The position numbers and the translations under genes are program-made. The notes beneath the pieces were generated by a model. It searched no databases. It was not told the origin of the DNA and worked only from the letters and a program-made list of their open reading frames with translations. A stretch of DNA of 64,000 bases from Octopus vulgaris (lineage: Eukaryota), in the NCBI GenBank assembly GCA_951406725.2, contig OX597819.1:88784001-88848000 (forward strand), written 5' to 3'. Below, one piece after another: positions 52,073 to 64,000 of this stretch (its first letter is position 1; each line of letters begins with the position of its first letter).

Positions 52073-52636
52073 AAATCTGTTCTGTCTGTCTGTGTGTGTG
52101 TCTTCTAGGATCTCGGGCATCCTCCATCCAATTGCGTTCAAATTTGATATTTAGATACTGACGGTATCAGGGCATGTATAAGTCTTGAAAAAATTACAAA
52201 AATCGATTCCAGGTGAGAATATGATCGATAAAGCCGTGGGAACGTGCATTTGTATGCACAAGTACAATCGATACTACGTGAGAAAAATACATTTGTACAC
52301 ACAAGTACGATCGATACTACGCAAGAATGCACATGCAGTTTGTGCAAAAAAGCTGGCTGGCTTGAAATAATGCCACAAAATGCAGTATATTTAAGAGACC
52401 AAAAAAGTAAGATGCAAAAGAGATATTTTCTTCAAAGTTGGCATGAAAGATGGAAAGACTATTTGGTTTCTCAAGAAGTTTTTGTTTTTTGCCTTAACTT
52501 CATTTAACAAAACCAAAAATTTTATTGAAATAAAGGCATGCTTAATTATTCTTTAATGAAAAGAAAACACTGATTGCATTTTATTCAACAGATATGATTC
52601 AGCACCATCCATTGGACAGGGGCCGTTTTGCTCGTA
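52069..52636 (+). mobile_element. Helitron-like element with 5' (CTGT/GT)n microsatellite
   Basis: TATAAAATCTGTTCTGTCTGTCTG start after (TA)n, GC-rich end ...GGGGCCGTTTTGCTCGT, internal ~45-bp duplication. Confidence 0.45.
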
Positions 52637-52990
52637 GATTATATATACCACCATCATCATCATTTAATATTCACTTTCCAAGCTGGTATGGGTTGGATGG
52701 TTTGACATAGAGCTGACTAGCAGGGAGCTGTCCAGATTCCAACTGTCAGGTGTGGCACGGTTTCTACAGTTGGATGACCTTCCTAATGCCAACTACTTCA
52801 CAGATAGTGCTGGGTGGTTCTTATGTGCCACCAGCACGGGTGCATTTTAAGTGGCATTGGCACCTGAAAGAGCAAGCCTGTATGTGTGGAAGACAGCAAT
52901 TTTACTTAGTTTGATGTGTCTTATCAAGTACAGTATATCGCCACATCTCCCACACCCTTGTCATTTCTCAGGGAGGCCCAGTGTCTGAAG

Positions 52991-52994
52991 ATAT

Positions 52995-53061
<67 letters not shown>

Positions 53062-53229
53062 CACATATATATACACACACACACACATATATACACATAA
53101 ATATATACCTATATAAACATATACATATATATACACACACATATATATACATACACACATATATATATATGAATATACATACATATACACACATATATAC
53201 ATACACACACACACACACATATAAATATA
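52991..53229. repeat. (CA)n/(TA)n compound microsatellite; similar tracts at 411-450, 666-708, 9080-9275, 11100-11250, 18759-18802 (GA) and 28225-28333
   Basis: Direct reading of the sequence. Confidence 0.95.
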
Positions 53230-53348
53230 GTCACTATGAGGATATTTAGACCTCTTATAAGGATATTTTTATCCAACTGGTTTAATATATTGTATTTTGA
53301 AGAGATATTTCTTCAATGATATGTTATAAAATATCAAATATTATTTTT

Positions 53349-53629
53349 ATTAAGTTTGAAAATGGAGAGGTTCAATGGATATAAATTAATTTGTTAATTA
53401 ATTATCATCATTGCCAATAATTGCTTCATTTCACATCCAGTTTAAATTAGAAAACATATAAATTTGCATTTCAAAATACTTTGGGTGGAAATCTTGAAAT
53501 ACAAACTTATATATTTATATATGTTTTGTAATTTAAAGTGGATGTAAAATGAAACAATGTAAGGCAATGATGATAATTAATTAATAAATTATTTTATATC
53601 CATTGAATCTCTCCATTTTCAAACTTAAT
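53349..53629. repeat. Inverted repeat (~125-bp arms)
   Basis: ATTAAGTTTGAAAATGGAGAG...CATATAAAT is mirrored by ATTTATATATG...CTCTCCATTTTCAAACTTAAT. Confidence 0.85.
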
Positions 53630-54036
53630 TTTATATACATATATATATATATATATATATCATCATCGTTTAACGTCCGTTCTCCATGCTAGCATGGGTT
53701 GGACAGTTCGACCGGGGATCTGGGAAGCCAGAAGGCTGCACCAGGCTCCGGTCTTATCTGGCAATGTTTCTACAGCTGGATGCCCTTCCCAACGCCAACC
53801 ACTCCGTGAGTGTAGTGGGTGCTTTTTACGTGCCACTTGCACTGGAGCCAGGCGAGGCTGGCATCGGCCGCAGTCGGATTGGTGCATTTTACGTGCCACC
53901 TGCACGGAAGCCAGTCGAGGCGGCACTGGCTTCGGCCACGATTCGGATGGTGCTTTTTACGTGCCACCAACACGGAAGCCAGTCGAGGTGGCGCTGGCAT
54001 CGGCCACGATTCGGATAGTGCTTTTATATATATACT

Positions 54037-54402
54037 AGCAGTATCGCCCGGCGTTGCTCAGGTTTGTAAGAGAAATAACTATAAAGCATTTTTAGAGAGT
54101 TATAGCCAAAAAATAGCAAAAAAATGGGGGGAAAATGATGGTAAATTTTTTTTTGAGAGTTAAAAAAGGTGGAGTTGCGTCCCCTAGACGGTCTGTGGTT
54201 TGGGTTTCTGATTCTCGACCCCATGTCGAATTTATCGATTTTTTTCAGAACTGGGGGAACTTTTCAAAATTTTCGCTGCGTTAGTTTTGAATTATGACAT
54301 TGGGCTATGTGTGTGTCAAGTTTCATCAGAATCGGTTGAAAGCCGTGGTCAGAGTGAGGGTACGAGAAAACAGACACACAGAAAACGCACAGACAAACTG
54401 CC

Positions 54403-54405
<3 letters not shown>
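54037..54405 (-). mobile_element. Non-autonomous Helitron-like element, CpG-rich (young)
   Basis: Minus-strand 3' end has hairpin CCTGAGCAACGCCGGG followed by CTAG; a related end lies at about 62541-62570. Confidence 0.65.
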
Positions 54406-54445
<40 letters not shown>

Positions 54446-54625
54446 GGGATCAAGAGGTGGTATGCATCAACTTTTAGACATTATATTATGTCTATTTATT
54501 AACAAACAATTATAACAATATACATACATTTATAACATATTATGTTTTACACATTGTATATAAAATATAAAAATACCAGAAATTACTAAAATATATAACA
54601 TAGAGCATAGAAAGTAGAATAGTAT

Positions 54626-54750
54626 GTTACAGCTGTTTCAGCCAAGAGGCCATAGTACCCCACTTTACTTCCATCCCTTCAGTGAACTGAAGTATTTGGT
54701 AGATAAGATTAAGGTACTTGGGTGTGTCTCTGGACTTCGTCAGAGAATTT
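54626..54750 (-). ncRNA. Hammerhead motif with long stem II insertion
   Basis: Minus strand: CTGACGA-AGTCCAGAG...CTCTTGGCT-GAAA-CAGCTG-TA; stem I is poorly preserved. Confidence 0.5.
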
Positions 54751-55588
54751 AGAAAGTTCATAAGGTTAAGTTATAAATATAAATACATACATACACACTT
54801 TTACATATACATAAATACATATCTATACATTTATATGTATATGTATACAAAGAAATCAATTATTATTATTATTATTAGGTATATTATAGTATTTTTATTA
54901 GATAAAGTATAAACAGAGGAAAGAAAAATTATCAAAAGAGAAATAATAGTGGAATTTAAATAATCAATATATCTTAAGATTGTAGCTATGTAGGAATGAA
55001 AAAGTATATAAATGAGGAATACATATATATATAAAACACTTAATCTCATGTTGCTCTGTGATCACTTTGACACCTGACATGTGGCACACTGTGCACCTCT
55101 TCAGGCAACATTGATTTAATGGAGGGAGTGAACTAATGTACAGCACATACATTTATTCACAATAAATAATTTGACTGAGGACTGGCGAACCAGATGGCTG
55201 CACCAGGCTCCAATCTGATCTGGCAGAGTTTTTACACCTGGATGCCCTTCCCAATGCCAACCACTCCGAGAGAGTAGTGGGTGCTTTTACATGCCACCGG
55301 CAGGAGGGCCAATTAGGCAGTACTGGCAACGGCCACGCTCAAATGGTGTTTTCTACATGCCACCTGCACAGGAGCCAGCCCAGCGGCACTGGCAAACACT
55401 TTGCTTGAATGTGTGTGTGTATATATATATATATATATTTCAGTAAAACAATTAAGATTCAAGTGAGTTCCAATGAATTCACATGAATGTGGTACTTAAC
55501 TTAGATGCACCAGAAATCTTTATGGTATTAACCATAAAATAATGTGGGGGGATGATAAACAAGAAAAAGCAACAAGAATGGATTAGTT

Positions 55589-55680
55589 GTTCAGTACAAT
55601 TGTTTCATACGAAGAACAGATTTATTAAAAGCTGCAAATATTGCAGCAAATACAAGTGTCCCATATTCATCAGCCAAAAC
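55589..55680 (-). ncRNA. Type-I hammerhead ribozyme, intact core (left arm of inverted repeat)
   Basis: Minus strand: TTTGG-CTGATGA-ATATG...CGTAT-GAAA-CAATTG-TA-CTGAA. Confidence 0.7.
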
Positions 55681-55842
55681 ACATGAGTTTTCCAAACATC
55701 CCAGGGGGTGAGGCTACATGCATGAAGTATCAAAGAGAGTTCTATGAAAAGCAAAGTTAGATTGTAAGCAGACTTAAAATGTTTTCTTCAATACTTCATG
55801 GGTGTAACCTCACCCCCTAGGATGTTTGGAAAACTCATATGT

Positions 55843-55934
55843 GTTTTGGCTGATGAATACGGGACACTTGTATTTGCAGCAATATTTGCAGCTTTTAATA
55901 AATCTGTTCTTCGTATGAAACAATTGTACTGAAC
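55843..55934 (+). ncRNA. Type-I hammerhead ribozyme, intact core (right arm of inverted repeat)
   Basis: TTTGG-CTGATGA(55850-56)-ATACG...CGTAT-GAAA(55917-20)-CAATTG-TA-CTGAA; predicted cleavage after A55928. Confidence 0.72.
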
Positions 55935-55992
55935 AACTAATCCATTCTTGTTGCTTTTTTCTTATTTATATATATATATATATATATACATA

Positions 55993-56218
55993 CAGTAATC
56001 CCCCCGATTATTGCAGGTGCTACATTCCAAAACCTCTAACAGAAATAATTAAAATATAAAAAAATATAAATACCTATCAGGTGCAGAAACCCAGATATAC
56101 TGAGGAGTCCGTGATATAAATTTACATATATTAGGTGATATAAATTTACATATATTAGAAAAATCCGCGATGTACTGAGTGCACAATAGGTGAACCGCGA
56201 TATGGTGTAGGATTACTG
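55993..56218. mobile_element. Tigger/pogo-type MITE
   Basis: TA-CAGTAATCCC...GGATTACTG-TA. Confidence 0.8.
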
Positions 56219-56224
56219 TATGTA

Positions 56225-56257
<33 letters not shown>

Positions 56258-56293
56258 TCTGGATAGAATTCACATATCGGTTCCATTCTAGCA

Positions 56294-56340
56294 AAAACTG
56301 TCTGACAAATGGCAACAGGAAACTCAGAGTAACAGGTTTT
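56294..56340 (+). ncRNA. Degenerate minimal hammerhead motif in a TA-flanked element (about 56256-56440)
   Basis: AAAACTGT-CTGACAA-ATGGCAACAG-GAAA-CTCAGAG-TA-ACAGGTTTT; G8 mutated to A, consistent with CpG decay. Confidence 0.5.
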
Positions 56341-57380
56341 GTTGAATTTTCTGCTGCTTTAAATAAAGCATATTACTCTACCACTGGTATTTGAGTACTC
56401 TTTTTTCCACCTTGTTTCACATTTATGTGTTTACTCCGGCATATATATATATATTGTATGGTGATGCAAACAGGAAAATAGAACTCACAAACTCTCAAAC
56501 CTTGAGTTATTTTACAATCTGCTGATTATTAAGTAATATATATACATACACGGACATTTGTGCCTGTGTGTGTGTGTGTGCATGAATGAGAAGGACACTT
56601 GACCTAAATTCATCACTGATGAATTTATAAGGTTATAAAAGTCACTTTATATATCACCTGTGTTTTCCACGGTCCCACTGCCACTACCACCACCACCACC
56701 TGTACAAATTTAATCAGTAGCCAAATAATATATTTATGCCATTTAACAAGTGACATAGAAGATGTAAAAGAACAGCTTTTGAAAAGATTGAAAACAAAAA
56801 AGGTAACGTTTGTTATGCATAACAAAACAACTATTTGTTGACCAGCCACCACCACCACCACCATTCCTATCAACAAACACTTGTTTTTATCATAGCAATA
56901 AGAATTTTATAAAGTCAAGCTAAAACTGATTGAAGTTCAGTTCCTGTAGGTAGAAAAAAAAAAAGGCCTGGGAAATCATTGACATTCATCCTGACATTTC
57001 AGAAACATAATAGTAAATATTCCAACTTCTGCTTGGATTTTGTTTAGTTTCTCTGCTTTTAATTGTTGGAATTTTTTCAATACACACTACACACACAAGC
57101 ATATATTAAAGAAATTATACACACACACACACACACACAGGGATTGGGAGAAGGAGAGAGAGAGACACATACATAGACAGATAGATACTCAATCTAAACA
57201 TTATTTTTAAAATATCGCTGAAAATAAATTAAAAAGATTTAAAGATTTGTTGCTGTGTAAGCTTTGAGAGACTTGCTGATGACATTTGCAATTTTGGACC
57301 TTTGTAGAAATTGATTTCGTATCTGTCTTGAAGAATGGTGGTTCCAGTTGTTCAGTCAGTCAATCTATTATTTAGTACAA

Positions 57381-57611
57381 AGGTGGCGAGCTGGCAGAAA
57401 CGTTAGCACGCCGGGCGAAATGCTTAGCGGTATTTTGTCTGCCGTTACGTTGTGAGTTCAAATTCCGCCGAGGTCGACTTTACCTTTCATCCTTTCGGGG
57501 TCGATAAATTAAGTACAGTGAAATACTGGGGTCGATGTAATCGACTTAATACCTATGTCTGTCCTTGTTTGTCCCCTCTATGTTTAGCCCCTTGTGGGTA
57601 ATAAAGAAATA
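57381..57611 (+). mobile_element. tRNA-derived SINE family A, intact copy
   Basis: GGCGAGCTGGCAGAAACGTTAG...GAGTTCAAATTCC...CCTTTCATCCTTTCGGGGTCGAT; 19-bp TSD AATCTATTATTTAG(T/C)ACAA. Many other copies, for example about 12890-13090, 14055-14260, 15390-15778, 19715-19890, 23490-23890, 26874-27105, 30408-30625, 44905-45930, 46365-46560, 50017-50240 and 58680-58880. Confidence 0.9.
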
Positions 57612-58904
57612 AATCTATTATTTAGCACAATTGTTTGAGTATCTCACCTCTCAGACAAGTCTCCTCATCTCAATCTTTTTATCACTACTATAATGGCCAC
57701 TGCTCCTTGAAGCTAGCTGGTTTCGTACCTCAACAGCTCAGCATCACTCCTCAACCCACTTATTTCTCTACCTCTTGTCATTCTTGTTTCACTCACTCAT
57801 CTCTCAGTCATGTACAAACCAGAATGCCTAGTTCTTTCTCCCTAGAGCTTAATTTCTTTGGAATTTCCCATTGGCTCACTAGTTACCTGCAGTTGTTGAC
57901 CAGTAACAGTTAAAACAGAACATTAATGACAGAAACCTAGCCAATCTCAGAGATCCTATACGCCATAAGAACTACTTTGCCCTGCAGTGTAGATTCAGTA
58001 AGAAAACACACACACACCACCTATAACATAATCTTCAGGCAGACTCAGCAAGGCAAGGCAGGGTCTCCGTATTCAATGTACAGTTGTATATTGTTAGTGC
58101 AACTGTAATAATATGTGAATATGTTTTCTTAAGTGAGGGTGTATGGCTCAGTAGTTAGAGCATCAGGCTCACAATTATGAGGTAGTGAGTTCAATTCCTG
58201 GACTGTGCTGTGTGTTGTGTTCTTGAGCAAGACACTTTATTTCACACTGCTCCAATTCACTCAGCTGTAGAAATGAGCTGTGATGTCACTGGTGCCAAGC
58301 TGTTTGGCCTTTGCCTTTCCCTTGCATAACATCGGTGGCGTGGAGAGAGGAAGCTTGTATGCATGGGCAACTGCTGGTCTTCCATAAACAACCTTACCAG
58401 GACTTGTACCAAATGTCTGTCCTAAACATCAGTGCTTGTTTTCAGGCATTTGGTTAGTCCCTCTTTTATACATTCTGAGTAATATAAAGCTTTCTTTTCA
58501 TAAGTCCCAAGCTACTCTGGTGATTGAAAAAAAATTGGGAGTGTGTATCAAATATGTTGCATGGACCACAGGGAAATATGCCTTGTGTATTACAGGACAG
58601 GCAAATGGTAAAGTAATTCAGTTGATAAAATAAACAAAATTAAATTTTGAGTTAGAAGCAGCTCTAATAATCCTTCCTACTTTAGGTACAAGGCCTGAAA
58701 CTTGCGGGGAATGGAATAGTCTATTACATTGATCCCAGCACTTGACTAGTACTTATTTTACCAACCATAAAAGGATGAAAGGCAAAGTCGACCTCGGTGG
58801 AATTTGAACTCAGAGCATAGCAATGGACAACATGCCACAAAGCATTTCGCCTGGTGTGGTAAAGATTCTGTCAGCTCACCAACTTAGAAGTGGCTCTAAT
58901 AATG

Positions 58905-59180
58905 CCAACATTACTGACATCACATACTTAATGCATTTGTTTTGTTTAAACATTTTACATTGGTGGATTTTTAAACCAAAGGAAGTTCCTTTAAGTCAAC
59001 AAGTGTTAAAAAACATTGTATACCACAAAACCAAGCAAAAGGAATTGCTCACCTGGTTTTGAGTATACAGAGTTTTTTTTAACACTTGCTGTGTTAACGG
59101 GACTTTCCCTGGGTGAAATATCACTGCTGAAAAGTGTTTAAACAAAGCACATACATTGAGCATTGTGACAGTAAAGATAG
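58905..59180. repeat. Degenerate foldback inverted repeat (~125-bp arms)
   Basis: CAAGTGTTAAAAAACATTGTATAC / GTATACAGAGTTTTTTTTAACACTTG and flanks; opposite-strand ORFs give similar peptides (VPLSQQVLKN vs VPLTQQVLKK). Confidence 0.8.
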
Positions 59181-60516
59181 ACAAAATGCTATACAATGGT
59201 GAAGTTATAAAATAAAGACAAGTATAAGGTATTGTATCACCCTACACAGTTTGTTTAATGCTTCATTATATACCAAGGAAACTTCCTTTATGAAATATAT
59301 ATTTTCAAAAGTAAATGGATGAACATCACAAATTCATATTGGTAAGATGAAAATTCTTTGCTATTAGAATTTCTATATCTATAGTCATGTATTTATTCAT
59401 CTATGACACATGGTGGAGTAAGGGGAGTTTGCTTCCAGATATAATCACAGCAACCAATAAGAGGAAGATGTGTCTTCCTTTAAATATATACAAAGCTTGA
59501 CAAGTGAAGATTGTAACCAATGCTTTGAGCTATTGAATTATTAGATACAATTAAATACACACAACAACAAGTACACATTCATAATATATAGTTACCAAGT
59601 TACAAAGGAAGAACATATAATGTCAGTTTTCAAATGGGAAAAATCTGTTTAAACACATATTAGCTGTCATAGTGTCAAATATCACAATTGTATCATAATT
59701 CTCCAGACCTCTATTTTCTGTGTAAAAACAGTATTTATGTGTCCAGTGCTTTAATCTTGCCAACAGTGTATGTGTGTGTGTGTGCACGCGCGTGTCTATT
59801 TGTGTGTGCATGTAACTACCTACATATAAGAAACTAATGTTGGCTGAGTTGAAAGGTTACTAGCCAACCAATTGAAGGCTGATCTACTTGCAATCTGATC
59901 AGTAATATCCTGTTTCTATGGTCAAGACCTGTAATTTTTACATGACCAACCCACTACACTAACTTAACAGCCAGTAAATACCCACAAGGTGATACAGTTC
60001 ACCATTCTATTGTAAAACTGATGAGCAATTAACTAATCTGCGGCACAGAACTCACCCAAGCATATGTCATTTCAATTTTTATTGCAACTACAGGATACTG
60101 GGCATTATGTTTTCAACTCAACTTTATTATTATCATCATAACATCCACTTTTCCATGCTTTCATGTGTTGCAAGGCATATATTAAGGGAAATTTTCTATG
60201 GCCAGATGGCATTCTTGTTGCCAACCCATACTTGTTTCCAAGCAAGGTACTATTTCCCCAAGGCAGACATGTTTTCACAGAATATTGGAAATAAATGACA
60301 TACATCTATAATAATCACAGGTTCTCAAGACAAAGAGACACAAACATACACATACATGCTGGCATAGGTGCAAGGTAAGAAGCTTCCTCCCCAAGCACAT
60401 GGTTCCGGGTTCAGTCCCACTGCGTGGCACTTTGGGCAAGTGTTTTCTACTATAGCCTCGAGAGCTAACCAAAGCCTTGTGAGTAGATTTGGTAGATGGA
60501 AACTTAAAGAATCCTG

Positions 60517-60565
<49 letters not shown>

Positions 60566-63500
60566 GATCTATGTATGTGTCTTTGTGTCTGTGCTTGTCC
60601 CCCCAACACTACTTAACCAGTGTTGGTGTGTTTATGTCGCTGTAACTTAGCGGTTCAGCAAAAGAGAGGATAGAATAAGTACTAGGCTTAAAAAACAAGT
60701 CCCAAGGTCAATTTGTTCAGCTAAAACCCTTCAAGGTGGTGTTCAGCATGGCCACCATCAAATGACTGGAACAAGTAAAAGAATAAACGAATGGTCAAAA
60801 ATCATACATGCACACAAACATACAACAGGCTTCCTTCAGTTTCCGTCAACCAAATCCACTCACAATGCTTTGGTTGATCCAGGGCTATAGTAGAAGACAC
60901 TTGCCCATGGTGCCACACAGTGGGACTGAACCCAGAACTGAGTGATTGGAAAGCAAACTTCTTAACCACACAGCCATGCCTGCACCTATTGTAAGATGCA
61001 ATTGTACGACAGAAGTCAATGGCACAAGATGTGCCGGGGCTTACATGCTTTACATACTTATCAAAAGCAAAAGAAATAAAAACATCAACAGATTTAAGTT
61101 ATAGTAGTGTGCCAAGCAGATAACCCCTCTTTTGCTGCTAACAATAAAGGGGATATAGAAAACTCCTTTGTCAGCCAATTGAAATACCAATAAACTTTTA
61201 TAGTAGGAAAAGATATTTACTATGTCTACCTCCCCTATTGTATGTAACCACCTCCTACATAGCGTATAGGTAATACAGGTGGATAAACATGGTAAGTTAA
61301 GGAAGTTGAATAGTAAATTTGATAAGTTATCTTTCTAAATTATCATCTTATCATAGCAGTTTGGGGAAAAAGTGAAATGTAAAGTCTGGAATTAAAGAAA
61401 AAAATAAAGAAAGAAATAGCTATCATGAAATAAAGAGTAAGTCTTGCTTTATCTTGAAAATAAATGTTTAAAGATAAATGTTAAAAGATAGGCTGAGTGT
61501 AGAAACATTCAGAAACCAGATGGGAATAAAACAGTATGTAAAAATGAGAATAAAAAGAATGGTTAGTGAAAAATTGGTTGAGAGAAGCAGGTGAGAAGCA
61601 TCAGTAACTGTTGATTGATAGTAGTCAAACCAGAGGCAGACCAAAGAATACCTGAAGTTACATTATTAAAATACAGAGATAACTACTGAAAGTAAAGATC
61701 AAGTATTGTAAAGTTAAGGAAGAAAGAAGAAAAGAAAGAAGGAAAGACAGAAAGAAAGAACTGCTTCTGAAGAATTGTATAACCTCTGGTAAATACAAAA
61801 CTGGGTTAGGAGAAGAAATAGAAAAGAAAACCTCATTAATGCAAAGATGAAAGTAAGATCTTATAATCAAATTACATCCACAAGAGTAGTGTAGCTATTC
61901 AAGTATCATGACAAAAAAGGTGGGGAGGAGACGGTTGTATTGATAGAATAACAAAAGTAACCAACAAAATGGCTTGTGGTAATTTATTTTGTCCCTTCAG
62001 GTTCTAAGTTCAAATCCTGTGAGGGCCAACTGTGCATTATATATTACTCAAGGTCTTTGAGATAAATAATCAGTAAGATACCGGTCAAATTAATCTGAGA
62101 CCCTTTTATTCAAATTAATAAGCTTCTGCTAATTAATATAAGAGATTCTTGTTATGACTAAAAAGAGAGAAAGAGGATGTTAAGTTGGTAACTGTGGTAC
62201 AGAACCAAGCTGTCTGGCTTCCAATATTTAGTTCCATCTCCTAACGTTTTAAGTTCAAACCTTACTGGTGTTTAATCAACTTCACCTTTTATAACTGATG
62301 AGATCAATAGGTAAGTATATTGAAGTTGATTCAATCATCAATCAACTATATTTGTTCTTTATGGCTTTAAGAAGTTCACTTTGCAACCACATGGTTTTGG
62401 GCTCATTCCCATTGTGTGGCACCTTGAGCTAGTATCTTCTATAGCCCTAAGCTTACCAATGGCCTGTGAGTAAATCTGGTAGACAGAAACTGAATAGAAG
62501 CCTGTTGTATGTGTGTGTGTGTGTGTGTGTTATTTATATACTAGCAATGCACTCCGGCATTGCTCGGGTGTTATGACCTACAACCATATTGTATTATTTG
62601 TTCCTTTCTTATGGGTAGAATCGGCACACTAGGAGTACGAAGCAAATAACTCTTCTTTATAAACATGATTTCCAGTCATTCTGATGAACAATGCCACAGT
62701 TTCTGTGTACCAAATTCAGTCACAAGTCTATGGTTGGCCTAGGGCTATAGTAGAAAACACTTGCCCAAGGTACCATGCAGAGGGGCTGAATGTGAAACCA
62801 TGTGGTTGGACAGCAAACTTCTCAACCACACAGTCATTCTTGCACCTAATGTGCGAGTGTGTGTGTTTACATTTGTTGTTAAATCAAGTATTGTGTTTCA
62901 CTATGTCTCAAAGTTAGCAGTGCATCAAGCAGAGATCTATAAAATAAATGCCAGATTGAAATACAGACTGAGGTCAGTGTGATCAATTAAATTTTTGAAG
63001 GTGATACCCCATCATGGCGACAGTTGAAAGACAAAACCAAGTAAAATAATGTTTAGAGACTTAATGGCTTCAAATTTCAGGTAATGGATTACTAACCACA
63101 AGATAACGAAAGTTCAAAATATCAAATTGAACTTCCACTCTATATGATAACACTATATGTACATCTCAGCCTACTTGACTTCCGATAATTAACAATTGTA
63201 ATTGAAATTGAATGGTTAGCAGTAAGAAAGATGTCCAGATCTCTTAAAAAGTTATTGTGCAAAATATTCTGAGGAAAAGTACTTTTTTCACCACAACAAA
63301 ACACACACACATACACAGTGATGTGTCTGTGGTAACTTGAGCTACTACAAAGAGCAGCCAAATCTCTCTTAAAACACACCTTTTCATCAAAAGAAGGACA
63401 CAGATTTACAGTATTTCATGAAGAAAAATAAGGAAAAAACTATGTGATGGGTCTGCTATATCAGAGGCAACTCTGGGCTAAACAAAACATAGGCAAACAT

Positions 63501-64000
63501 ACTTCATATTAAAAGATTATCTACTAAATAATACTAATAAAGTTGGTAGTATATCTTTGGAGTTTTATTCCCTAGTAAAACTCCATGTATCTTAAACATT
63601 TTCTCATTATGCTCCAAGATTGTTCAGGCAGAGTTGCATCCCTTAGCTAAAGGCCTCAAAATTGTGTGACCCGAACTCGTTTCCAAGGTTACTTTTGAAG
63701 TAAAAAAAGAGTTGTTGCGCAAAAAACATACTTTATTTGGTAGCCTGAAGATCACTGAATCTTTTGATACCTCATACATCAAAATCAGCAACTCAGTTTT
63801 CAAATCCACAAGGAACATACACACACACAAACTTTGTTTTATATATTAGGATATATTCATACATACAAATCAGTGTTGGCATGTTTACATCCCATGTAAC
63901 TTAGCAGTTTGACAAAAGAGACTGATAGCGTAAGTACGAGGCTTACAAAAAGAAACAAAAGAATAAGTTCTGGGGTTGATCCGTTTGATTAAAATTGTAA

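Larger units (their letters stand above)
55555..55968. repeat. Long near-perfect inverted repeat (~175-bp arms, ~60-bp spacer), Penelope-like pLTR derivative
   Basis: About 55555-55731 is the reverse complement of about 55790-55968 with few mismatches; each arm carries a hammerhead. Confidence 0.9.

Noticed and set aside
56605-56627. Palindrome TAAATTCATCA-C-TGATGAATTTA containing CTGATGA
   Set aside because: No accompanying GAAA or stems; a short AT-rich palindrome can arise by chance.
61380-61900. Purine-rich stretches (also about 24240-24700, 33600-34020, 36180-36650) as possible coding exons
   Set aside because: Many stops and no recognisable motif; probably highly decayed LINE fragments that I cannot classify.
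51692-64000. Further upstream LDLa exons of LRP4
   Set aside because: No Cys/acidic LDLa pattern with splice sites was found by eye; presumably beyond the window, though a small exon could have been missed.

Overview
AT-rich, microsatellite- and transposon-dense eukaryotic DNA. The SINE and MITE content looks like an Octopus (coleoid cephalopod) genome; this is an inference from the repeats. The window appears to be entirely internal to one minus-strand gene, an LRP4 (LDL-receptor-related protein 4) orthologue. I could assemble nine consecutive in-frame exons (1344 bp, about 448 codons) encoding four LDLa repeats, two EGF repeats and the first two-thirds of YWTD beta-propeller 1. One intron uses a GC-AG donor. 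The introns hold three SINE families, piggyBac/hAT/pogo/mariner MITEs, Helitron/Helentron derivatives and transposase/LINE remnants. The most interesting hidden signal is a set of about seven minimal type-I hammerhead ribozyme motifs with palindromic stem III (Penelope/retrozyme type) in small elements, mostly TA-flanked. They include two intact cores facing outward in a long inverted repeat (55.6-55.9 kb) and one fused behind a tRNA-like SINE head (0.2-0.4 kb). There is also a CpG-retaining promoter-like island and a duplicated pair of plus-strand mini-exons, suggesting a nested antisense transcript. Repeat boundaries are approximate unless target-site duplications (TSDs) are given.
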